From Bacillota bacterium (GTDB lineage: Bacteria; Bacillota; Sulfobacillia; JACIYH01): a stretch of DNA of 64,000 nt. The position numbers and the translations under genes are program-made. Each line of letters opens with the position of its first letter. Within the stretch, counting starts at the first letter, position 1. The notes under the pieces were generated by a model, which worked only from the letters and a program-made list of their open reading frames with translations, made no database searches and was not told the origin of the DNA. Where the stretch lies: the NCBI GenBank assembly GCA_030019365.1, contig JASEFA010000001.1, forward strand, positions 334,953 to 398,952, written 5' to 3'. Shown piece by piece: positions 18,626 to 28,842 of the stretch.

Positions 18626-19447
18626 TCAGCCGGCCGGCTCAGTGTCCCGGCCCGCCTGCCCTCGCAGGCAGCGGTCCAGGGTGCCACTCAGATCCCACGC
18701 CCGCATGGTTTTTACCATGTCGTGGTGGGTGAGGTCCAGGTGGACGGGAGTTACCGAGATCAGGTTCTGGCGCAGGGCCATCACGTCCGAGTCCTCCGGC
18801 TCCTCGCCGTCCACGGCTTCCCCCGTGAGCCAGTAATACACGCGCCCGCGGGGGTCCACCCGCCGATCGAAGATGTTGCGGTAATGCCGCACGCCCAGGC
18901 GAGTGACAGCCACTCCCGCGATTTCGTAAGGCTCGAGGGGAGGCACGTTCACGTTGAGGAGGACGCCGGCCGGCCACCCCCGGCGCAGGGCTTCCCGCGC
19001 CAGGTACCGGGAGAACCGCGCCGCCAGGCCGTAATCGCCATCTTCGTATGCGGCCAGGGATACGGCCAGGGACGGTATCCCCAGGATGGTCCCCTCTATG
19101 GCCGCCGATACCGTGCCGGAATAAAACACATCGGACCCCAGGTTGGGACCCCGGTTCACCCCGGAGATGACCAGGTCGGGAGGGCGGGGCAGGACCGCCC
19201 CCACCGCCAGCTTCACCGCATCGGCCGGCGTCCCGCCCACCGACCACCCCTTCACCAGGCTGCCCGGGAAGACGACCTCTTCCACCATCAGGGGGCGGAA
19301 GAGGGTGATGGCATGACCGGACGCCGACCGCTCTTCGGCCGGAGCTACCACGTATACCTCGCAGTCCTCCTGTTGCTCCCAGGCCTCCCGCAGGGCCCGC
19401 AGGCCCGGGGCAAATATACCGTCGTCGTTGGTGAGCAAGATCAGCAC
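18626..19447 (-). CDS. surE: 5'/3'-nucleotidase SurE
   Basis: 'ILLTNDDGIFAPGLRAL…GHAIT…VISGVNRGPNLG…YSGTVSAA' SurE signature. GTG start at 19447 with a GAGGTG SD. The ORF-track N-terminal extension is rejected. Confidence 0.85.
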   Translation of the reverse strand: MLILLTNDDGIFAPGLRALREAWEQQEDCEVYVVAPAEERSASGHAITLFRPLMVEEVVFPGSLVKGWSVGGTPADAVKLAVGAVLPRPPDLVISGVNRGPNLGSDVFYSGTVSAAIEGTILGIPSLAVSLAAYEDGDYGLAARFSRYLAREALRRGWPAGVLLNVNVPPLEPYEIAGVAVTRLGVRHYRNIFDRRVDPRGRVYYWLTGEAVDGEEPEDSDVMALRQNLISVTPVHLDLTHHDMVKTMRAWDLSGTLDRCLRGQAGRDTEPAG

Positions 19448-19499
19448 CGGTGAGCACCTCGCCACGCTATGATATACTGCTCCGGGGAGGCGAGACAAG

Positions 19500-20246
19500 G
19501 TGCAGATTGACGTCGCCTTGCGCGCCCAGGACATCGAGCCGGACCTGGTCCGTGACTCCTGGGCCGTGGTCATAGACGTGTTGCGCGCCACCACCACCAT
19601 CACCCAGGCCCTGGAGGCGGGATGTCGCGCCATCGTTCCCGCCCTTGAACCCGAGGAGGCCAGAGCCCTGGCCGCCGCCTGGGTGCGGGACGGCCGGGTG
19701 CCCCTGCTCGGGGGCGAGCGGGGATGCCGGCCCATCCCGGGTTTCGATCTCGGCAACTCGCCCCAGGCTTACGCGCCGGAGCGGGTGGGCGGTCGCCTGG
19801 TGTTCTTCACCACCACCAACGGCACCCGCGCCCTGCGCCGCTGCCGCGCCTCCCACGTGACCCTGTGTGCCTGCCTGCGGAACGCCGGGGGCGTGGTGGA
19901 CTATCTCCTTGAGCGCCGGCCCGCCCGCGTGCTCCTGGCGTGCTCGGGCCGGGAAGGTGCGGTGGCACCTGAGGATATGGCGGTGGCGGGGCTGCTGGCC
20001 ACCAGGCTGGCGGCACGGGGAGGGGAACTCCTGCCCCGGGCCCGGGAGGCGGCTGACCTGGCGACCTCCCTCACCGACTGGCACAGCTTCTTCACAGAGG
20101 TGCCGGCCGGGCGCAACCTGCTCGAGCTGGGATACCACCAGGACGTCTCCTTTTGCCTGGAAAGAGACTGCAGCCCCGTGGTGCCCCGCTATGTGGGGGG
20201 CGTGGTCACGAGAGCACGGTGGCCAGGCGTCCGTGGGCGATCCTGA
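19500..20246 (+). CDS. 2-phosphosulfolactate phosphatase (ComB) family protein
   Basis: 248 aa. N-terminal 'VVIDVLRATTTI' and the ComB family pattern. GTG start. One of the few plus-strand genes here. Confidence 0.7.
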   Translation: MQIDVALRAQDIEPDLVRDSWAVVIDVLRATTTITQALEAGCRAIVPALEPEEARALAAAWVRDGRVPLLGGERGCRPIPGFDLGNSPQAYAPERVGGRLVFFTTTNGTRALRRCRASHVTLCACLRNAGGVVDYLLERRPARVLLACSGREGAVAPEDMAVAGLLATRLAARGGELLPRAREAADLATSLTDWHSFFTEVPAGRNLLELGYHQDVSFCLERDCSPVVPRYVGGVVTRARWPGVRGRS

Positions 20247-21258
20247 GCTTGTCCCGGATGGGAAGCTGATAGGGGCAGCGGGTCTCGCAGTCTCCGCATT
20301 GCGCGCAGGTATCCGCCTGAGGCGCCAGCCCGGCGTATTGCTCGCGGGCCCATTCCTCCTGCCCGTAGCGCACGAAGCAGCCATCCAACCGGAAGACTGT
20401 GGGGATGCTGATGCCCACCGTGCAGGGCAGGCAGTACCCGCACTGGCGGCAGAAGTCCAGTCCCAACTCCCGGCCCTTTCGCCACAGGAACTCTTCTTCG
20501 TCGGAACTCAGGGGCCTGGGATTGTACCCCGGCTCCACATCCGTCTCCACCTCGGCCAGGGTACCCATCCCCGGCACGGCAGAGCTGACGGCCTGCCCGA
20601 GGCAGTAGCGGATCGCCAGCCGGGCGTGATCTTTGAGGGCACCCCCCGCCAGGGGTTTCATGGCCAGCACCCCGATGTCGTGCTCGGAGCAATGTGGCAG
20701 CAACGTCTCTTCCGCCCCGTATATGTGCCGGTCCACGATGTTGACGGGGACCATCACCACGTCGAACCGGTGCTGCTTCAGGATCTGGAGGAGCAGGTCC
20801 GGCCGGTGGCCGCTAATGCCCGCATAGCGCACCTTTCCCTCCTCCTGCGCCCGGCAAAGGGTCTCCAGGGCTCCCCCGGGGCCCCTGATGGTCTCCCAGG
20901 TGCTCATCCGATCCACCGCGTGGAACATCCACACGTCCAGGTAATCGGTGGCCAGGCGGCGCAGGCTTTCCTCCAGGTGCTCCCGCGACCTGGCCGCGTC
21001 GGTGGCCTGGGTCTTGGTGCAGAGCACCACCCGGTCACGTACCGCTCGCAGGGCAGGTCCGATCTTGTCCTCGCTGGCGGAGACGGGCAGATCCGCCCGC
21101 CCGTAGGCCCGGGCGGTGTCGTAGAGCGTAACCCCCAGCTCGAAGGCGCGCTTCACCACCCTTTCTGCCTCGTCGTCCGGGGCGGTGATGATGGGGATGC
21201 CACCGAAGCCGATCACCGAAACCCACAAGCCCGTCTTGCCCAGCCTGCGCTGCTGCAC
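20206..21258 (-). CDS. aldo/keto reductase fused to a C-terminal Cys-rich Fe-S domain
   Basis: AKR core ('LGKTGLWVSVIGFG…YDTARAYG') followed by 'CRQCGYCLPC…CAQCGDCETRCP'. Confidence 0.8.
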   Translation of the reverse strand: MQQRRLGKTGLWVSVIGFGGIPIITAPDDEAERVVKRAFELGVTLYDTARAYGRADLPVSASEDKIGPALRAVRDRVVLCTKTQATDAARSREHLEESLRRLATDYLDVWMFHAVDRMSTWETIRGPGGALETLCRAQEEGKVRYAGISGHRPDLLLQILKQHRFDVVMVPVNIVDRHIYGAEETLLPHCSEHDIGVLAMKPLAGGALKDHARLAIRYCLGQAVSSAVPGMGTLAEVETDVEPGYNPRPLSSDEEEFLWRKGRELGLDFCRQCGYCLPCTVGISIPTVFRLDGCFVRYGQEEWAREQYAGLAPQADTCAQCGDCETRCPYQLPIRDKLRIAHGRLATVLS

Positions 21259-21419
21259 CTTCGCTCCCCCCGCCGTGATCGGACCCCGGCCGGGCCGGTG
21301 CGGCGTCCGGCACCGTTAGGGCGACGGGGCCGGTGCGACCCGAACCACCCTCCCGGGCTCCCTGAGCAGGAACTTTTCTTCGCCCTGCGAATTAGCTAGC
21401 GGAAAGAGGGAATCCGCCT

Positions 21420-22619
21420 TTGGAAACCGTCGAGCTGGCTGCTGCTTTCCTCGTCATCATCGTCCTGGCTGCCCTCCGTGTTCGTATCTCGATCACCATG
21501 GCGTCTGCCACCTCGGTCCTCCTCCTCTGGTCGGAGGCCCGCCCGGGGACAGCCCTGGCGGTAGCCGGGCGGGCGGCGGTCGACCCCGCCACCCTGGAGC
21601 TGGTGGTCACCGTCGGCCTCATCACCCTGCTGGCAGGACTGCTCCGGAACTTTGGCCTCCTGGCACCCATGAGCCGGTCCCTGGCCGGGACGCTGCGCAG
21701 CGACCGTCTGGCCTTCACCCTCGTGCCCGGCATCCTGGGATGCCTGCCCGTGCCGGGGGGAGCGGGCATGTCGGCCCCCATGGTTGACGGACTGGGCGAT
21801 ACCCTGGGCCTTTCCCGGCCCCGCAAGGCCGCCGCCAACATCCTGCTGCGCCATGCCTGGTTCTTCGTGTTCCCCTTCAGCCCTCCTCTTATCCTGGCCG
21901 CGCACCTCTCGGGCGTCACCGTGTCTTCCATCATCGGGCGCCAGTGGCCCCTGGCCATACTGGCCGTGCTCACGGCAACCCTACTTTTCCTCAGCGGACG
22001 TGCCGCAGGGCAGACCCCGTACGGAGCCTGGCGCGGCGAGGCCCGGGAGTTCCTCATCACTGCCTCGCCCATCCTCGTCAGCGTCGCCCTGTTCCTGGCA
22101 GCCGGGGTGCGGCTTCCCCTGGCCCTGGCAGCCGGGGTACTCCTGGCCGGGCTGGTAGCCCGTCAGCGGCACAGTTTCGCATGGAAGCTGGTGCGGGCCA
22201 GCGTTGACTGGGAGATGCCGCTGGCCACGGAGATCATCATGGTGTTTGCCGCCCTGGTGAGGGAGGCTCCCGGGCTGGGGGGCGTCATCGCGTCCGCCAG
22301 TTCGGGCTCGGTCCTCCCCGCCATCATGGTGACCTCGGCCCTGGCGGGTTTTCTCACCGCCAACCCGGTGGCCGGACTGGGCATCGCCATGCCCGCCCTG
22401 CTTCCCCTGGTACCGGGCGGTCACGACCTGGGGGCATACGCCTGCCTCATATTCGGGCTGACGTACCAGGCCTACCTGGTTTCGCCGCTGCACATGTGCC
22501 TGGTTCTCACCAACCGCTACTTCGATGTCAGCCTGGGCCGGACATACCGCCACCTGTTACCGGCGGTGATGGTGAACGCGCTCGGCGTCTTGCTGCTGTT
22601 CTTCTTCACCAGGTCCTGA
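21420..22619 (+). CDS. polytopic membrane protein of unknown function (DUF401-like)
   Basis: 399 aa, ~10–12 predicted TM helices. TTG start with an AAAGAGGGAA SD. Confidence 0.55.
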   Translation: METVELAAAFLVIIVLAALRVRISITMASATSVLLLWSEARPGTALAVAGRAAVDPATLELVVTVGLITLLAGLLRNFGLLAPMSRSLAGTLRSDRLAFTLVPGILGCLPVPGGAGMSAPMVDGLGDTLGLSRPRKAAANILLRHAWFFVFPFSPPLILAAHLSGVTVSSIIGRQWPLAILAVLTATLLFLSGRAAGQTPYGAWRGEAREFLITASPILVSVALFLAAGVRLPLALAAGVLLAGLVARQRHSFAWKLVRASVDWEMPLATEIIMVFAALVREAPGLGGVIASASSGSVLPAIMVTSALAGFLTANPVAGLGIAMPALLPLVPGGHDLGAYACLIFGLTYQAYLVSPLHMCLVLTNRYFDVSLGRTYRHLLPAVMVNALGVLLLFFFTRS

Positions 22620-22656
22620 AGGCCACCGGGGGTTCCCCGCTGGTCTGTCCCGGAGC

Positions 22657-23469
22657 TCAGGCCGGCAGATCTCCCGTGAGCAGGAGCTGCATCACGGAGG
22701 CGTTCTTTGCCGCCTGGCCGGCGTGGCAGTTGTTGAACAGGACGTATGTGCGCTCGGCCTGCCCTGCCATCTGCCGGATGCGGGGAACCCAGGACCTGAG
22801 CTCTTCCTCCGAGTAGAGGTAATCGTAGCGCTCCCAGGGGTGCTCGTGCTTCCACCACTTCCGGGCGTTGCGGCCGTGGAAACGCACGTAGGCCAGGGGC
22901 GAGGTGACCCAGGTCAGGGGAGGCATCAGCCCCTTCAGACGCGGTTCGTCCACGGCGCAGAACCCCAGCCCCGCCCGCGCCAGGGCCTGGCGGGTGTCGT
23001 CGGAGATCCACTGGCTGTTCCGGAACTCCACCACCAGGGGGAAGCCGGCTAGCAGTTCGGGCAGGCTTTCCACCAGCGCCCGGTTCTCCGGGGCGGGGCC
23101 GAAGCTCCACGGGAACTGCACCAGGACGCAGCCCAGCTTACCCGCAGCGCTCATGGGCTCCAGGGCTGAGGCAAACTGGCGACAGAGGGAACGCAATTCC
23201 TCCCCCTCCTGGGGACGCTCGTGGGTCATCTCACGGTAGGCTTTTACGCAGAACGTGAACCCCGGGGGTGTCTTGCGCTCTATCCCGGCCATGGTGCGGG
23301 GCGAAGGCATGCGGTAGTACGTGAAGTCGAGTTCTACCACCGGGAAGCGCTGGCTGTAATAGATCAGCATATCGCGGGCGGAGAGATCCGCCGGGTAGAA
23401 GGGCCCCCGCCAGTCCTCGTAGGAGAAACCCGATGTCCCTACCAGAATCAGTCCCCCGGCCAGGCCCAC
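22657..23469 (-). CDS. DUF72 (YecE-like) family protein
   Basis: '[12 protein letters not shown]…[11 protein letters not shown]…VEFR' DUF72 signature. Confidence 0.8.
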   Translation of the reverse strand: MGLAGGLILVGTSGFSYEDWRGPFYPADLSARDMLIYYSQRFPVVELDFTYYRMPSPRTMAGIERKTPPGFTFCVKAYREMTHERPQEGEELRSLCRQFASALEPMSAAGKLGCVLVQFPWSFGPAPENRALVESLPELLAGFPLVVEFRNSQWISDDTRQALARAGLGFCAVDEPRLKGLMPPLTWVTSPLAYVRFHGRNARKWWKHEHPWERYDYLYSEEELRSWVPRIRQMAGQAERTYVLFNNCHAGQAAKNASVMQLLLTGDLPA

Positions 23470-23903
23470 GGCTCATCGACCTTTCCCCAGGACAGCAACT
23501 CGTGCGGGGAGAAGAACAGGTCCACCTCGCGGGTGGCGGTTTCCACCGCATCCGACCCGTGCACCAGGTTGTGCCCCACGTCCAGGCCGAAGTCCCCCCG
23601 GATGGTGCCCGGGGCCGCCTTGCGGGCGTCGGTGGCACCCATGAGGTTGCGCACCACGGTGACCGCCTCGGGGCCCTCCCAGACCATGGCCACCACCGGG
23701 CCGGAGGTGATGAACTCGATGAGTCCGGGGAAGAAAGGCTTGCCGCGATGCACCTCGTAATGGCGCTCGGCCAGGTCGCGGCTGACCCGCATCATCTTGA
23801 CGCCCACCAGGCGCAGTCCCTTCTTCTCCAGCCGCGATATCACCTCACCCACCAGCCCCCGGTGCACTCCGTCGGGCTTGACCAGAACCAGCGTGCGCTC
23901 CAA
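23448..23903 (-). CDS. ndk: nucleoside-diphosphate kinase
   Basis: '[12 protein letters not shown]…NLVHGSD' Ndk signature. TTG start at 23903 with a GGAGGG SD 7 nt upstream. The ORF-track start at 23921 is also TTG. Confidence 0.9.
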   Translation of the reverse strand: MERTLVLVKPDGVHRGLVGEVISRLEKKGLRLVGVKMMRVSRDLAERHYEVHRGKPFFPGLIEFITSGPVVAMVWEGPEAVTVVRNLMGATDARKAAPGTIRGDFGLDVGHNLVHGSDAVETATREVDLFFSPHELLSWGKVDEPWAWPGD

Positions 23904-23980
23904 CCCGTTTCCCTCCCCCAATTGGGCGGGGAGGCCGCTTCACGTGGGTACCCGGCCCCCGCCCACGGGCCCGGATCTCC

Positions 23981-25045
23981 CTACCTGACCAGCGATGCCA
24001 CCGTGGCCGCGTCCAGCCGCCCGATTACGGCCACCAGCAATTCCACCGCCTGTTCGAAATCTGCCTGGTCGATGATGCCGGTGTGACTGTGTATGTAGCG
24101 GCAGGGGACGCCGATCACCAGGCTGGGAACGCCGGCGGCGTTGATGTGGATGCGGCCGGCATCGGTCCCTCCGCCCGGCATGGCGTTCACCTGCCAGGGG
24201 ATGCCCTCTTTTTGAGCCGTCTCCATGACCAGGTCGCGCAGGCGGAAGCTGGGCACCATGGAAGCGTCATACAGAATCATGCTGGGCCCGCCTCCCAGTT
24301 TGGATTGGGCCTCGTGCTCGGCGATACCAGGGGTGTCACCCGGGATGTCTACTTCCAGGGCGAAGGCCACGTCCGGGTTCACCAGGTGGGCACTGGTGGT
24401 TGCACCCCGCAGGCCTACCTCCTCCTGCACCGTCCCCACCCCATACACGGTGTTGGGGTGATCCCGCTCCCGGAGGCGGCGCAGGACTTCCACGAACATG
24501 GCGCACCCCACCCGGTCGTCCCAGGCCTTGGCCATGAGGTAGTGACCGTTCTTCATCACCTGGAAGGGCGCATCGGGCACCACGGGGTCGCCCGGCCGGA
24601 TGCCCATCCTGGTGGCCTCTTCCCGTGAGGATGCCCCCACGTCGATGAACATGTCCTTCTTCTCCACCATCTTCTTGCGGTCGTCGGGGCTCAGGAGGTG
24701 AGGCGGCTTGGCGCCGATGATTCCGGGGATATCTCCGTCCCTTCCCTTCACCAGCACCCGCTGCGCCAGCATCACGTGCTCCCACCATCCTCCCAGGGTC
24801 TGAAAGCGCAGGAACCCCTTGTCGGTGATGTGGGTAACCATGAAGCCCACTTCATCCATGTGCCCGGCCAGCATCACCCGGGGACCGCCCGCCTTCCCCT
24901 CGCGGCGCGCGATGAGGCTACCCAGCCGATCCTGTTCGATCACCTCGTCCGCCAGGTAGCTCCTGAGCACTGCCCGCACTTCGTGTTCGAATCCGGGCAA
25001 ACCGGTGGCGCTGGTCAGGTCCCGCAACAGATCCTGCATGGCCAC
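23981..25045 (-). CDS. M42 family metallo-aminopeptidase (FrvX/YsdC-like)
   Basis: 354 aa with '[13 protein letters not shown]' and 'GGGTDAG' M42 metal-binding motifs. Confidence 0.85.
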   Translation of the reverse strand: MAMQDLLRDLTSATGLPGFEHEVRAVLRSYLADEVIEQDRLGSLIARREGKAGGPRVMLAGHMDEVGFMVTHITDKGFLRFQTLGGWWEHVMLAQRVLVKGRDGDIPGIIGAKPPHLLSPDDRKKMVEKKDMFIDVGASSREEATRMGIRPGDPVVPDAPFQVMKNGHYLMAKAWDDRVGCAMFVEVLRRLRERDHPNTVYGVGTVQEEVGLRGATTSAHLVNPDVAFALEVDIPGDTPGIAEHEAQSKLGGGPSMILYDASMVPSFRLRDLVMETAQKEGIPWQVNAMPGGGTDAGRIHINAAGVPSLVIGVPCRYIHSHTGIIDQADFEQAVELLVAVIGRLDAATVASLVR

Positions 25046-25206
25046 ACCCCTCCTGCCCTATGTAACAGCAACCCCACCTGACAGCAGCCCTACGGCACCG
25101 CCGCCCCGCGCGCCGTAGGGCCACCAGTGTGTGGATCCTTGCTCCCTTTGCGCTTACGTCTAGGGCGCAAGATTTCACCGTCCTCCTTTTGATGCCCCTG
25201 CTCCCT

Positions 25207-25590
25207 TCACGACCCCACCGCCATGGCCACCGGCTGCTGGGCGAGGAGTATCCCGCGCTTGCTCTCGGTGGCGGTCATGTGAGAGGCCCGGAAGTGGGCC
25301 ACGATCAGGTCGCAGGCCAGCCAGGGGTCTACGCGTTCGCCACAGGTGAATATATCCAGCGCCGCATACGCCAGCTCCGGCCAGGTATGCACGGCCAGGT
25401 GGGACTCGGAGATCACCACCACCCCGGAAACTCCCTGTGGACTGAACTTGTGGAACGCCGTTTCCCGTACCTCCGCACCGGCTTCTTGAGCCGCCCGAAC
25501 CAGGATACGTTCTACGGCTCCGACGTCATTGAGGACGTTCGGATCACAACCGTAGACTTCCGCCAGCACGTGACGGCCCAGGGCTTGCAT
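25207..25590 (-). CDS. speH: S-adenosylmethionine decarboxylase proenzyme (SpeH class)
   Basis: 'ISESHLAVHTWPE' self-processing serine region. Trimmed to the ATG at 25590. Confidence 0.8.
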   Translation of the reverse strand: MQALGRHVLAEVYGCDPNVLNDVGAVERILVRAAQEAGAEVRETAFHKFSPQGVSGVVVISESHLAVHTWPELAYAALDIFTCGERVDPWLACDLIVAHFRASHMTATESKRGILLAQQPVAMAVGS

Positions 25591-25684
25591 CTCATTCCCA
25601 GCCCCCTTTCGGCACACTGCCCTAATAGGGGAACGGCCCCCGGGGGAGCGGCCCGGCAGCCAGTTCCACGATGATTTTAGCAGA

Positions 25685-26536
25685 CTAAGAGGGGGTGTCA
25701 ACTGCAATGTTTACCGGGTTGGCGAGTACCCCTACCCCCTCGACTTCCACCTCCGCCACGTCCCCGGGCCCGAGAGGCCCGATCCCCGCCGGAGTGCCGG
25801 TGAGCACCACATCGCCCGGCTCCAGCGTCATCACGTCGGAGATGAACGAGATCAGCTCGGCCACCGAGAAGATCAGATCCCGCGTGTTCCCCTGCTGGCA
25901 CACCCTGCCGTTGACGCGGCAGATTACTTCCAGGGCGGAGGGGTCGAGCCCCGGGGCCACCGCGGGGCCGAGAGGGCAAAAGGTATCGAAAGACTTGGAA
26001 CGCGTCCACTGCCCGTCCTTCTGCTGCAGGTCGCGGGCGGTGACATCGTTGCCACAGGTATACCCGAGCACGTAATCGAGGGCCTGGCGTACCGGGACGT
26101 GCTTCACCCGCCGCCCCATCACCACCGCCAGCTCCGCCTCGTAGTCCACTCTGCTCGACACGGGGGGAAGCACGATTGCGTCGCCCGGCCCGACTACCGC
26201 GCTCGCCGGCTTGAGGAATAGCACCGGTTCTTCGGGGAGCGGGGCACCGACCTCGCGGGCGTGATCCCGGTAGTTCAACCCCACGGCCACCACCTTGCCC
26301 GGTTCCACCGGGCAGAGCAACTCCGCCTCCTTCCCGCCTATGTACGGGAACCCGTGCGGGCGTTCGCCATTGCCCCGCAAGAACGCTGCCCACTCGGGTC
26401 GATCCCACGGCCACCTGCTCCCCACCAGGTAGACGCGACCATCATCCATGACGCCGTAAAAGACCCCCGCTGCCGTTCTCACCCGCACCAGCCGGACCCC
26501 TGCGTGCTCTGACACGTCTTTTGCCTCCTGTTGCAT
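25685..26536 (-). CDS. fumarylacetoacetate hydrolase (FAH) family protein
   Basis: FAH-fold motifs ('VGLNYRDHA…E…EAELAVVMG…GTPAGIG'). The called ORF runs through a tRNA gene, so the start was moved to the first ATG clear of it (26536). Confidence 0.8.
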   Translation of the reverse strand: MQQEAKDVSEHAGVRLVRVRTAAGVFYGVMDDGRVYLVGSRWPWDRPEWAAFLRGNGERPHGFPYIGGKEAELLCPVEPGKVVAVGLNYRDHAREVGAPLPEEPVLFLKPASAVVGPGDAIVLPPVSSRVDYEAELAVVMGRRVKHVPVRQALDYVLGYTCGNDVTARDLQQKDGQWTRSKSFDTFCPLGPAVAPGLDPSALEVICRVNGRVCQQGNTRDLIFSVAELISFISDVMTLEPGDVVLTGTPAGIGPLGPGDVAEVEVEGVGVLANPVNIAVDTPS

Positions 26537-26562
26537 GGCAAAGAGGGGCTCGAAAATAATGG

Positions 26563-26639
<77 letters not shown>

Positions 26640-26752
26640 ACCTTCATCCTGATTATAAGAGATTGCCGCCGGGAACGCAACCCGGCCAAGCGCGCGAATG
26701 GGCGACCTCACCCGATGGAGGATGACGGCGGGCGACGACGATGGAGAGTGAC

Positions 26753-26785
26753 CAGACGGGGACGATTGGCAATCGCCCCCGTCTG
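26753..26785 (-). terminator. GC-rich hairpin downstream of hbs (terminator-like, no U-tract)
   Basis: CAGACGGGG…CCCCGTCTG stem enclosing a nested GATTG/CAATC stem, ~50 nt after the HU stop. Confidence 0.3.
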
Positions 26786-26832
26786 ATGCGAAGTATGTGC
26801 CTCTTCCCGGGCGCGGAGAATGGTCCCCGGCA

Positions 26833-27105
26833 TCAACGTACCGCTTCCTTCAGGGCCTTGCCGGGCCGGAACACGGGCACCTTGCGGGCCCCGATCTTGA
26901 TCTCCGTGCCCGTCTGCGGGTTGCGCCCTTTGCGAGCGGCGCGCCTGCGCACCGAAAAGCTGCCAAAACCCACCAGGGAAATCTTGTTACCGGCCGCCAG
27001 ACCCTCGGTCATAGCATCGAACAGGGCCTCCACGAAACGAGCGGAGTCCTTCTTGGTGAAGCCGGTTCTCTCGGCCACCCTGTCAACCAGATCGGCCTTG
27101 GTCAC
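26833..27105 (-). CDS. hbs: DNA-binding protein HU
   Basis: 90 aa with '[10 protein letters not shown]…[44 protein letters not shown]'. GTG start with a GGAGGTG SD. Confidence 0.9.
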   Translation of the reverse strand: MTKADLVDRVAERTGFTKKDSARFVEALFDAMTEGLAAGNKISLVGFGSFSVRRRAARKGRNPQTGTEIKIGARKVPVFRPGKALKEAVR

Positions 27106-27311
27106 TGCAGCACCTCCTTTCCACCGGTTGCCGTGCCCGACGCGTATCTTATTCGACGGAGAGAGCCGTTTTCCTTTGTACCCGGCCTCCGAGCACGGCC
27201 CGGCTTCCCAGACGGCAGGCGGCGCCCCGCTCCCGGCACGAGGCGGGCCGGCACCGACCTCGCGGTGCCGGCCCCTCATCGGCCCCTTGGCGCCGGGGAT
27301 GATTGGTCTTC

Positions 27312-28790
27312 CTACAGGATTATGCAGATCAGGCCGCCCGTCCCCTCGTTCACGATACGCGTGAGGGTCTCCTGGAGCTTGGCCTGGGCGTGTTCGGGCA
27401 TGCGGTACAGCTTGCTCTGCATCCCCTCCCGAACCAGTTGCTCCAGGGATTTGCCGAACAGGTGGGCCTGCCAGATCTTGTGGGGTTCGTCCTCGAACTG
27501 GACGAGGAGGCTGCGCAGGAGCTCCTCTGATTGCTTCTCCGTGCCGATCACCGGGGTGATCTCGGTGGTCACGTCCGCCCTGATGAGGTGGACGGACGGG
27601 GCACTCGCCCGCAACCTGACTCCGAAGCGGTTTCCCTGGCGGATGAGCTGGGGCTCGTCGAACTTCATGTCTTCGAAGCGGGGGGACACCACGCCGTAGC
27701 CGGTCTGCCACAGTTCCTGCAGTCCCTCCGCCACCTTGTCGTACTCGCGCCTGGCGTGAGCCAGCTCCTTGATAGCCCGGATGAGGTCGTGCTTGCCCTC
27801 CAGGGCGTATCCAGACATCTCGCCCAGCACGCGGTAGAACACCTCTTCCCGGGCGGCTATGGCAACGGCCGCCCTGCCGCTGCCCAGCTCCAGGGCTTCC
27901 AGCGTTACATCTGCCACAAAGTCGGCTTCCCGCAGCCGGGCGATGGAGGGGTCCACGTCCCGCACGCGCCTGACCCCGGGGATAACCTCCTCCACCTTCT
28001 GGGCAAACTGGCGGTGCAGCCAGTGCTCGCGGCCCAGTTCTTCCACCCACTGGGGCAGCCTCACATTGACTTCGGTGACCGGGAACTCGTAGAGCGCCTG
28101 CTCCATGATCAGGTAGACGTCGTCCAGGTCCATGGTGGCCGCATTCACAGGCACAACCGCCACGTCGTACTCGGCCTCCAGTTCCCCCGCCAGCTCCCGG
28201 GTGGCCGGGTCGTCAGGGCAGGTGGAGTTGAGGACCACCAGGAAAGGCTTGCCCAGCTCCTTCAGTTCAGCCACCAGTCGCGCCTCCGGCCCGGCGTAGG
28301 CCGGTCGGGGCAGGTCCACGATCGAACCGTCGCTGGTTATGACCAGGGCCAGGGTGGAATGCTCGGTCACCACCTTGCGGGTACCCAGTTCGGCCGCCTC
28401 CGGGAAGGGGATGGGCTCTTCCACCCAGGGGGTTTGCACCATGCGGGGAAGCCCATCTTCCTCGTACCCCAGGGCTCCCGGGATGGGGTAACCGGGGCAG
28501 TCCACCATGCGTACCTCCATGGTGACGTTGTCCCGCAGGGTTACCTGCACAGCCTCGTCGGGGATGAACTTGGGTTCCGTGGTCATTACCAGGCGGCCGG
28601 CGCCTGCCTGGGGAAGGGCATCCACCGCTCGCTCGCGCTCGTGGAGATCCTGGATGTGGGGCAGCACCAGGAGTTCCATGAACCGCCGGATGAAGGTGGA
28701 TTTCCCCGTCCGCACCGGGCCCACCCCGCCGATGTAGATCTCTCCCCCCGTGCGCTCGGCCATATCCCGCAGAATATCAAACTTCTCCAT
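27312..28790 (-). CDS. spoIVA: stage IV sporulation protein A (spore coat morphogenetic ATPase)
   Basis: 492 aa with the Walker A '[13 protein letters not shown]' and SpoIVA-specific middle and C-terminal regions. ATG has a GGAGG SD 10 nt upstream. Confidence 0.9.
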   Translation of the reverse strand: MEKFDILRDMAERTGGEIYIGGVGPVRTGKSTFIRRFMELLVLPHIQDLHERERAVDALPQAGAGRLVMTTEPKFIPDEAVQVTLRDNVTMEVRMVDCPGYPIPGALGYEEDGLPRMVQTPWVEEPIPFPEAAELGTRKVVTEHSTLALVITSDGSIVDLPRPAYAGPEARLVAELKELGKPFLVVLNSTCPDDPATRELAGELEAEYDVAVVPVNAATMDLDDVYLIMEQALYEFPVTEVNVRLPQWVEELGREHWLHRQFAQKVEEVIPGVRRVRDVDPSIARLREADFVADVTLEALELGSGRAAVAIAAREEVFYRVLGEMSGYALEGKHDLIRAIKELAHARREYDKVAEGLQELWQTGYGVVSPRFEDMKFDEPQLIRQGNRFGVRLRASAPSVHLIRADVTTEITPVIGTEKQSEELLRSLLVQFEDEPHKIWQAHLFGKSLEQLVREGMQSKLYRMPEHAQAKLQETLTRIVNEGTGGLICIIL

Positions 28791-28842
28791 GGCCCTTTTT
28801 CCTCCCCGGCACATGATGGCAGGCTGGCGCCTTTCTCCTCCA

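Noticed and set aside
24918-25178. 86-aa minus-strand ORF with AAGGAGG nearby, between the M42 peptidase and speH
   Set aside because: SD-to-GTG spacing is only ~3 nt, the product is Arg/Cys-rich and it overlaps the peptidase start. More likely terminator/promoter hairpins (CCTACGGC…GCCGTAGG; TTGCGC…GCGCAA).
26753-26785. Hairpin after hbs considered a Rho-independent terminator
   Set aside because: Kept only as a low-confidence feature: the strong stem is not followed by a U-tract on either strand.
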